Source: Owenia fusiformis
Lineage: Eukaryota
Direction: 5' to 3'
DNA length: 64,000 nucleotides
Assembly: GCA_903813345.2 (NCBI GenBank)
Contig: CAIIXF020000001.1
Span: 248,001 to 312,000, forward strand
Below, one piece after another: positions 59,701 to 64,000 of this stretch; within the stretch, counting starts at the first letter, position 1, and each line of letters opens with the position of its first letter. The notes under the pieces were generated by a model that had not been told where the DNA came from, did not search any database, and was given only the letters and a program-made list of their open reading frames with translations. Made by a program: the position numbers and the translations under genes.

Positions 59701-62700
59701 TTAATTTGACCATTTTTGGCTGATATCAAGCAGCACATACAACCTGTCTTTAGATAGGTGCCAATACATCATATGGCTGTCAAATAAATATCTTAAATTC
59801 AAAGTTCAAAAGTGACTTCATGCAGCTTTGCAACCAAATATATAATATAACCTATACTGGCGATTACTAGAGTGCTGCTAACTCGATAAAAGGCTGGCGC
59901 TGGCTTGAATTGTCTGTGGTTCTAGCCAGGATAAAGATACCAGTTCTTCAACTCGACAATGGGAAGAACTGCTCTACCTTAGTGACTAATATGTCATGAT
60001 ATGACATCTAAAGAGTCAATAAAAGATATATAATATAAAAACCACATTAAATAAAACACCAGGATTACTTCCAAAGTAAAATATGATTTCAAGTTTTTAC
60101 AAATATTCTAAATAAACCAAACCTTGACAGGTTGGGACATATCCAGACCAGATGCCATCTTGTTGGCATATTCTGATGGCATTCCCAGATAGTTTGTAAC
60201 CTGAAATAGAAAATACAAAATAACAAAAATACACTGCTAAGAATAAGTACTGACCCATATTTGAATACCCAGAGCACTGAACTGTGAATTAGCTGAAAGG
60301 ATCAGTTCAGATATAGAAAGTTAGTGTCTAATTCAGTTTTGGTTGACCAGTATAGCCAATAATGTATGGCCAATGGACATATTGCATAAATCAATGATAT
60401 TATTAAGCTGTTAGTATAGTCTTTTATGACCCAGAGCCAAAAACATATGATCAATGGACATATTTCAAATGTGTACACATTGAACAAATCTTTCTACATA
60501 CCAGGTTTACAAGTGAATGTAGCTACACTGCCTGGGGCTCCTCCATTGCTCTTGGATACCATACCATTGGCAGGTAGGCCTACATCCCCACAGCTTACTT
60601 CTGCAACATAATAATAAACAGGTGTGAAATATATCAAGAATTAATGGATCTGAATATTAGTACTACATTTGCCTGAACATGCCCCAACATATTTTGGTGA
60701 TCATTATTTACTTGTAAATTCTTTGGGTATTACATTTGCCTGAACATGCCCAAACATGTCTGGGTGATCGTTATTTAGTTGTACATCCTTTGGGTATTAC
60801 ATTTGCCTGAACATGCCCAAACATGTCTGGGTTATCATTATTTACTTGCACATTCTTTGGGTATAGGTACTACATTTGCCTGAACATGCCCAAACATGTC
60901 TGGGTGATCATTATTTACTTGCACATTCTCACAGGCTGGTATCGAAATATTTGTCCGCTGTGACGGAGCATACTATTTTTCATAAAAACACTAAGAATAC
61001 TTCACGATTTATTTTTTAACTCATATGTTTCGTTATACTATACTAAATTGCTTACTCCATGCAATGGATATATCATTTGCGGGTAACTTTCACTTCTGTT
61101 TGAAGTCCAATTACGCTGGGAAGAAAAGCTATTGAAAATTTTTAAATCTTTTATAAAAAATAATGTTTAATTTTTTTGTCCGCTGTGACGGAGCAGTTGC
61201 AAATGTGAACTGTGAAAATGCTCCGTCACAGCGGACAAAAATATTAATATTATTTTTTATTAAAAAAATTAAAAAGACCCAATGCATTAATATCTCATTA
61301 ATACATTCAGAGTTATGCTTAAAACATATGTTAATATTATCGTGTCACTATATCATGCCATTAAAAAGTTAAAAAAGAAATGGTACATTTTAGAGTTTGA
61401 TACTCTGGTGCCGTTTTTAATAACTCCTAGCGTTATTGGACTTCAAACAGAAGTGAAGGTTACACGCAAATGATATATCCATTGCATGGAGTAAGTAATT
61501 ATCTTTGATATAACGAAACATATGATTTAAAAAATAAATCGTGAATCATTCTTAGTGTTTTTATGAAAAATAGCATGCTCCGTCACAGCGGACAAATCTT
61601 TCGATACCAGCCTGTGATTCTTTGGGTATAGGTATTACATTTGCCTGAACATGCCCAAACATGTCTGGGTTATCATTATTTACTTGCACATTCTTTGGGT
61701 ATAGGTACCACATTTGCTTGAACATGCCCAAACATGTCTGGGTTATCATTATTTACTTGCACATTCTTTGGGTATAGGTATTACATTTGCCTGAACATGC
61801 CCAAACATGTCTGGGTGATCATTATTTACTTGCACATTCTGTACTGGATAAAGCATAAGAATGAGATTTTATAAGAAATAATACACCGAAGGCCGAAGGC
61901 CTGAGGTTATTATTTCTTATCAAATCGAATTCGAATGCTTTATCTTACTTAAATCACACACATTCTTATTACAGGTAAATGGTCTATTATATTACAGTTA
62001 AAAGGTCTTTAATCCGGAAAAATGTGATTTCTTTTGTATTGACTATTCAAACTGTGAATTTTGCAAACTTCAACCAGGCTAACAATGACCCTGGCTCTTA
62101 TTGGTTAAAATTTGTTGTTATATAGCCAATTAATTGTAACAACAAAAAGAGTTGGTTGCATTGACCTCATGAGTGTGAGTTGATGTAAGTGACTGAGTGG
62201 GCTATAATTATTCTAGCTTCAGTGCACTACAGGTGACTGTCCAGTCCAGAACATTGAATTTGAATACAGCAGAATATTTGTAAGTAAGATAAGATCAATG
62301 ATGTAGATAGCAACAAAAATTGATAAATTGTTTTATTCTAAAGAATGCACAGTAACAAGAGAAGGGTACATGTATTTTTACATATATATATTGTTTTTTA
62401 GGGAATGAAAACTATCAAAAACTGTCAATGGTCATTTATGTCTCACTTGTTTTTGATAGCTTGCCAAGTGTACATTCTTTAAAAACAATAGAAAAATAAT
62501 GCACTTTCCTTTTGATAAAACCATACATTCTTAAAAATAAACCACAGCAAATTCTATTGTGTTGCTACCCAAGTGGGATTTAATTGGGTATAGGTACTAC
62601 ATTTGCCTGAACATGCCCAAACATGTCTGGGTTATGATTATTTACTTGCACATTCTTCGGGTATAGGTACTACATTTGCCTGAACATGCCCAAACATGTC

Positions 62701-64000
62701 TGGGTTATCATTATTTACTTGCACATTCTTCGGGTATAGGTATTACATTTGCCTGAACATGCCCAAACATGTCTGGGTGATCATTATTTACTTGCACATT
62801 CTTTGGGTATTACATTTGCCTGAACATGCCCAAACATGTCTGGGTTATCATTATTTACTTGCACATTCTTTGGGTATAGGTACTACATTTGCCTGAACAT
62901 GCCCAAACATGTCTTGGTGATCATTATTTACTTGTACATTCTTTGGGTATTACATTTGCCTGAACATGCCCAAACATGTCTGGGTGATCGTTATTTACTT
63001 GCACATTCTTTGGGTATTACATTTGCCTGAACATGCCCAAACATGTCTGGGTTATCATTATTTACTTGCACATTCTTTGGGTATAGGTATTACATTTGCC
63101 TGAACATGCCCAAACATGTCTGGGTTATCATTATTTACTTGCACATTCTTTGGGTATAGGTACTACATTTGCCTGAACATGCCTAAACATGTCTGGGTTA
63201 TCATTATTTACTTGCACATTCTTTGGGTATAGGTACTACATTTGCCTGAACATGCCCAAACATGTCTGGGTTATCATTATTTACTTGCACATTCTTTGGG
63301 TATAGGTATTACATTTGCCTGAACATGCCCAAACATATCTAGGTGCATAATTATTTACTTGCACATTCTTTGGAAAGGTACTAAATTTACCTGAACAAAC
63401 AACATATCTGGGTGATCATTATAATTACTTGCTCATTGTTTGGGAAGTAAAGGTACTACATTTACCTGAACATGCCCCAACTGTTCCAATCCAATTGTTG
63501 TTGGCCTGACAGACCACTACAGTCTCTATTAGCCCTGTCTTGAACCTGCCATTGCCATTACATCTGAACTTAGCTTGGAAACCTGTGGGGTAGTAACTCT
63601 GGGTGTTGGACAGGAATGTCCCTGAGGCCTTGGGAAGCTCAGATTGGGGACAACCAATAGCTGAAAGTGTAAGTCATTTATTTTATCATTTTCATTAATA
63701 ATGAAGGAATAGATACATTTGATTGTTATTCGAATAGAAATAGGATGAAGAATATTTACGTCAAGTATACTATACAGTGTATCAGGATAATTTTGACATA
63801 TATTCAGACTTCATTCTCAATATTGTTGAATCAACTGCAATTTGCCCTTTATTTTGGGGACTATTATGCCTTTCTAACAATGATCCTCCTCCCTCTTAAC
63901 AAGTACATGTACTTACATCTGTATGTCAGCCAGAAGCCCTTTTCAGTCTCTGCAAACAAACTATCTGTGATTGGTGCAATGCCAGTCTTAAATGTCACTG
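2422..64000 (-). CDS. Multi-exon CUB and Sushi(CCP) domain extracellular protein, partial at both ends (16 exons in window)
   Basis: Exons in transcription order: 63917-64000, 63466-63660, 60502-60600, 60123-60200, 59271-59456, 58673-58849, 58151-58324, 57182-57400, 56643-56800, 56285-56495, 48733-48933, 20078-20215, 18511-18705, 17404-17580, 16960-17154, 2422-2595. All introns are GT-AG; all are phase 1 except 56496-56642 (phase 0). The spliced frame is stop-free and gives 4-Cys Sushi and CUB motifs. Confidence 0.92.
2815..3345. mobile_element. MITE with CAGAGCTA TIRs and 6-bp TSD (hAT-like, tentative)
   Basis: atagtt|CAGAGCTATTAGAATTC ... GAATTCTAGTAGCTCTG|atagtt; subterminal tgcagaa repeats. 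Confidence 0.8.
3927..4837. mobile_element. Tc1/mariner-type foldback MITE
   Basis: TA|CAGGGTGTTCAAAAAAAAACGCAACCC ... GGGTTGCGTTTTTTTTAACACCCTG|TA; arms are inverted almost to the centre, and the right arm has an internal duplication. Confidence 0.9.
5145..7724 (+). CDS. Nested antisense two-exon gene for a 75-aa secreted prepropeptide with a one-disulfide C-terminal peptide
   Basis: Exon 1 5145-5247 (AAG|gtatgc) and exon 2 7600-7724 (ttttatag|), phase 1. Product MMNLKMLLLTVMMLCGILAITKTQELSGDVNVMKDEPIKNDISDENLEETVSRNKRKERIGCPPSYWCLLRYMNM*. TATAAA at 5094-5099, AATAAA at 7826-7831. Confidence 0.7.
5684..6725 (+). mobile_element. 5'-truncated, frameshifted LINE (CR1/L2-group ORF2 C-terminus plus 3' tail)
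   Basis: Fragments KYLGVIVDDKL, IGIFRRLKPF, IYNTIILPEFNYC, LEKLQK, LNWTPIQ, HNYATR and FKKSISYSGSHLWNKL; ends in (AAATC)n after aataaa. Sits inside the intron of the nested peptide gene. Confidence 0.85.
8007..16924. repeat. 55-bp minisatellite, ~160 copies
   Basis: Unit taattcaagctcccatcctYatcaaagtctcaYacaagaccaccctgatatgtca; caagacc recurs at 8041 and 8096. Confidence 0.98.
16960..17154 (-). CDS. Exon: Sushi domain S3'
   Basis: ctag|NEGTTSCGDPGDPANGEKIGAFNDFPVGETVDYKCNRGYTLVTDGQSKRTCQPNGKFSGSDPRCD|gtaagt. Not in the ORF track. Confidence 0.92.
17176..17242. mobile_element. Tiny TA-flanked pogo/Tc1-type MITE remnant
   Basis: TA|CAGTGAAA ... CAGGTTTTACTG|TA. Confidence 0.5.
17404..17580 (-). 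CDS. Exon: Sushi domain S2'
   Basis: LVKCGDPGLPSKGAVDLSDGLNIGSLATFRCAAGVGLNGQTTRTCQDDGTWSGTLPFCN; 177 nt. Confidence 0.92.
18372..18443 (-). mobile_element. tRNA-derived SINE head or tRNA pseudogene (Arg-TCT-like)
   Basis: Minus strand GGCTCCGTAGCTCAACTGGAAGAGC...GATCTAA...GTGGGTTCAATTCCCAC: A box, B box and T arm intact; acceptor and anticodon stems mismatched. Confidence 0.7.
18511..18705 (-). CDS. Exon: Sushi domain S1'
   Basis: VVGCSSSLLPRLQNGQPQNTAGFYPQGYILTYKCNIKYNFRNGMKEYPVMCMEYGDWDGVLPDCL; 195 nt; ttttcag acceptor, gtaagt donor. Confidence 0.9.
18692..19308. repeat. 43-bp minisatellite, ~14 copies, overlapping the acceptor of exon 18511-18705
   Basis: Unit gagcagccaaccactgaaaacaatgacacattgtaaatataat; ctg recurs at 18706, 18749, 18792, 18835. 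Confidence 0.97.
20078..20215 (-). CDS. Exon: C-half of CUB domain B
   Basis: GFKDKLNLCGRKTIAPMTSTESEVRLTFDTELNLDDTDKGFWIKYK; completes the CUB begun at 48933 across a 28.5-kb intron. Confidence 0.9.
20251..32598. repeat. 103-bp tandem array, ~120 copies
   Basis: aaatgtcaataac recurs at 20261, 20364, 20467 and onwards. Confidence 0.98.
32730..32887. mobile_element. Truncated right end of the same Transib-like MITE family as 60930-61616
   Basis: gatatatccattgcatg...ttcgataccagcctgtg matches ~61460-61616. Confidence 0.8.
33240..33870. repeat. Degenerate tandem copies of a dispersed repeat
   Basis: aacttgtagatgattttgaaaaaaattggtcaatttgaagcaagttgaaaaa...gaccttg recurs several times; also seen at ~5560-5680, ~6725-6800 and ~7050-7290. 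Confidence 0.75.
33971..35381. mobile_element. Long inverted-repeat DNA element (left end lost) with a HINE-like insertion at ~34590-35052
   Basis: aacaaatctggaagatttattttt... / ...aaaaataaatcttccagatttgtt inverted arms; right end ggcgtg|TA; related partial copy at ~19310-19912. The inner element has a (GACA/GACG)n tract and the 3' hairpin tagctcaccatgtgagcta. Confidence 0.7.
35805..38702 (+). mobile_element. Helentron-associated (HINE/DINE-like) element carrying an internal ~475-bp tandem array
   Basis: 5' palindrome aaattgaacaagttcaattt followed by agactccagattt; 12-bp agctgagtaagt tract; core repeats (gacaccatatctcaaaagtggg at 36307, 36781, 37257, ~37866); (AGA/AAT)n tract; 3' hairpin tagactccagattttcatctggagtcta at 38672-38699. 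Confidence 0.7.
39253..39266. promoter_or_regulatory. Second RFX X-box-like motif (GTAACCATGGTAAC)
   Basis: One mismatch from the palindromic consensus GTTNCCATGGNAAC. Confidence 0.4.
39929..39943 (+). promoter_or_regulatory. RFX X-box motif (GTTGCT-ACC-GGCAAC)
   Basis: Fits GTTRCY-N1-3-RGYAAC; lies ~55 nt upstream of a GTAAGT donor (39997-40002) that could end a first non-coding exon of the nested RING-like gene. Confidence 0.5.
40311..41032. repeat. 45-bp minisatellite, ~16 copies
   Basis: Unit ttcaccataatatagataagtgcagtatattatggaatatgagta. Confidence 0.97.
41262..41819 (+). CDS. Nested antisense 185-aa protein with degenerate RING-HC-like zinc finger, candidate N-myristoyl/palmitoyl motif and His-rich tail
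   Basis: Non-repetitive ORF MGNELCFC...CRSC-x17-H-x2-CSIC-x13-CHMC... ending in four KHGASH-type repeats. Strong acceptor ttttatttttcag at 41062-41074 upstream; AATAAA at 41970-41975 downstream. Confidence 0.7.
   Translation: MGNELCFCILSDTDDSSDTNEHSEHVPLQKFNQNNLDRIPDHKQSKVPIIENTQNDNGMDIHSDRPHDLFSHDVTNMDPGLLSCRSCYERYGQEERQPFIPDKKHSLCSICYDNMKEVHGEPFPCHMCHDSIYSAPCKKIKFTDPYDIDMLELIEAWDAKHGASHKHGASHKHGASHKHRASHHH
45503..48398. mobile_element. Non-autonomous CACTA/EnSpm-type element
   Basis: AT|CACTAGGGCAGAGCATTTGTACTGAAAGGAGCG ... CGCTCCTTTGAGTACAAATGCTCTGCTTTAGTG|AT: CACTA termini, 2-bp TSD, many subterminal (g/a)tactgaaaaat repeats in both orientations. Confidence 0.8.
46974..47949 (-). mobile_element. 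Internally deleted Tc1/mariner transposon, DD41D (rosa-type), with transposase pseudogene fragments
   Basis: TA|CAGGGTGACCCAAAAAAAATGCAACCC TIRs of ~190 bp. Minus strand reads FSDESH, then WF*KDGATPH...RSLDLNAPDFYIWGYLRDNVY; 41 residues lie between the second and third catalytic Asp. Confidence 0.88.
48733..48933 (-). CDS. Exon: N-half of CUB domain B
   Basis: AIPNCGGTLLDPEGEILSPGYPEEDYDEGDTCVWNIKAGQGQRIQLTVLDFKLRDSNNCEEDSLVIT; tgtag acceptor, gtataa donor. Confidence 0.92.
48958..55804. repeat. 52-bp minisatellite, ~130 copies (some 58-bp variants with an extra catgta)
   Basis: Unit ctccaagtcatgccttagacttagtttcaatatagtgcatatactacaattg; gactta recurs at 49025 and 49077. Confidence 0.98.
56285..56495 (-). 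CDS. Exon: C-half of CUB domain A
   Basis: ctag|GDELNIYDGADCEGDDLFPPDPKLRRYRGGAGLVAKNWPDILYPTTNRMCISLTRSTSKSGAKGFSIQYQ|gtaagc; phase 0-1. Confidence 0.9.
56643..56800 (-). CDS. Exon: N-half of CUB domain A
   Basis: VGKCGGDFRLDAGSIVSPSYPQPYPTGFKCQWNVRVNSRMRLKVFVEDMDLNE (CGG...G.I.SP.YP..YP....C.W motif); phase 1-0. Confidence 0.92.
57182..57400 (-). CDS. Exon: Sushi domain S6 plus Thr/Pro linker
   Basis: RINCGPLYNISNGMVSMSGERFGDQATYTCDPGFTINGLATFMITCQENAKWSAFITECKNESALVTPTPTMP; tcag acceptor, weaker gtgtgt donor that gives the required phase 1. Confidence 0.85.
57584..57973. mobile_element. MITE with AGG termini at a TTAA-like site (Kolobok-like)
   Basis: ataa|AGGACGATTCTCGGTTTGGAGAAC ... 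GTTCTCCAAACCGAGAATCGTCCT|ttaa: perfect 24-bp TIR, with two internal degenerate direct repeats. Confidence 0.8.
58151..58324 (-). CDS. Exon: Sushi domain S5
   Basis: QSKCGAPDKHPLSTVTTSGTGFGDMVTYTCQAGWKLNGLKTRTCLENGQWSGKAPYCT; ccag acceptor, gtatgt donor. Confidence 0.92.
58673..58849 (-). CDS. Exon: Sushi domain S4
   Basis: LVTCDEVLRNPGNGIVSVTGKQFGTLATYLCNDGYVLKGNPIRQCQANGQWSGTFAACV; tcag acceptor, gtaagt donor. Confidence 0.92.
59271..59456 (-). CDS. Exon: Sushi domain S3
   Basis: GSGKVTSCGDPGDPANGKVVGNDFTVGATISYKCDTGFKAKDNPVRTCGADGYWSGPDVLCI; gcag acceptor, gtaagt donor. Confidence 0.92.
60123..60200 (-). CDS. Exon: C-half of Sushi domain S2
   Basis: ttcag|GYKLSGNAIRICQQDGIWSGYVPTCQ|gtttgg; 78 nt. 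Confidence 0.88.
60502..60600 (-). CDS. Exon: N-half of Sushi domain S2
   Basis: gcag|EVSCGDVGLPANGMVSKSNGGAPGSVATFTCKP|gtatgt; 99 nt. Confidence 0.88.
60930..61616. mobile_element. Transib-like MITE (CAC...GTG termini, 5-bp TSD) inserted in the minisatellite
   Basis: attct|CACAGGCTGGTATCGAAA ... TTTCGATACCAGCCTGTG|attct; ~190-bp inverted arms; internal inverted pair of tgtccgctgtgacggagca. Confidence 0.85.
61841..62584. mobile_element. Non-autonomous element without obvious TSD inserted in the minisatellite, family uncertain
   Basis: Interrupts the unit at gcacattct|ttgggtatagg. Long hairpin gataaagcat...ataagaaataa-(ccgaaggccgaagg)-ttatttcttat...atgctttatc; ends gtgggatttaa. Confidence 0.65.
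63466..63660 (-). CDS. Exon: Sushi domain S1
   Basis: tttcag|...SIGCPQSELPKASGTFLSNTQSYYPTGFQAKFRCNGNGRFKTGLIETVVVCQANNNWIGTVGACS|gtaaat; 195 nt, phase 1-1. Not in the ORF track. Confidence 0.9.
63917..64000 (-). CDS. Exon (5'-truncated by window): C-terminal strands of a CUB domain
   Basis: Translates VTFKTGIAPITDSLFAETEKGFWLTYR (CUB-type GF-x-x-x-Y end), followed by donor GTAAGT at 63916-63911. Not in the ORF track. Confidence 0.85.

Larger units (their letters stand above)
60660..63481. repeat. 73/67-bp minisatellite overlapping the donor of exon 63466-63660, interrupted by two transposon insertions
   Basis: Unit tactacatttgcctgaacatgcccaaacatgtctgggttatcattatttacttgcacattctttgggtatagg; tttacttg recurs at 63061 and 63134. 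Confidence 0.95.

Noticed and set aside
58103-60611. Plus-strand ORFs overlapping Sushi exons (also 17376-17657, 20035-20262, 57012-57371)
   Set aside because: Antisense shadows of GC-richer coding exons, with no independent gene signals.
60930-60990. True V(D)J-type recombination signal sequence
   Set aside because: Only CACAG matches the heptamer; no ACAAAAACC-like nonamer at 12 or 23 spacing.
2422-64000. Naming the host gene CSMD1/2/3 or SVEP1
   Set aside because: Domain order (tandem CUBs between six-Sushi runs) fits neither, and no vWA, EGF or pentraxin domain is visible; no symbol assigned.

Overview
AT-rich eukaryotic (animal) genomic DNA; the repeat families suggest a marine invertebrate, but this is inference. 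The whole window lies inside one large minus-strand gene encoding an extracellular CUB/Sushi(CCP) mosaic protein. I traced 16 GT-AG exons with consistent phases (~2.66 kb coding, open at both ends): ...CUB-Sushi x6-CUB-CUB-Sushi x4.... The second Sushi series is paralogous, module for module, to the first. About half the window is seven unrelated minisatellite arrays (units 68, 55, 43, 103, 45, 52 and 73/67 bp), each abutting or overlapping an exon boundary. Three appear to be amplified copies of the splice junction itself (two verified in the window, one inferred at the left edge). Two candidate genes are nested antisense in the introns. One is a two-exon 75-aa prepropeptide missed by the ORF track (signal peptide, acidic pro-region, RNKR site, KERIGCPPSYWCLLRYMNM). 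The other is a 185-aa single-coding-exon RING-like protein with an MG...C-x-C N-terminus and two RFX X-box motifs upstream. The rest is transposon debris: Tc1/mariner MITEs, a DD41D remnant nested in a CACTA element nested in another MITE, a Transib-like MITE, Kolobok-like and hAT-like MITEs, Helentron/HINE-like elements, a LINE 3' end and a tRNA-derived SINE head. No CRISPR, rRNA or prokaryotic features.
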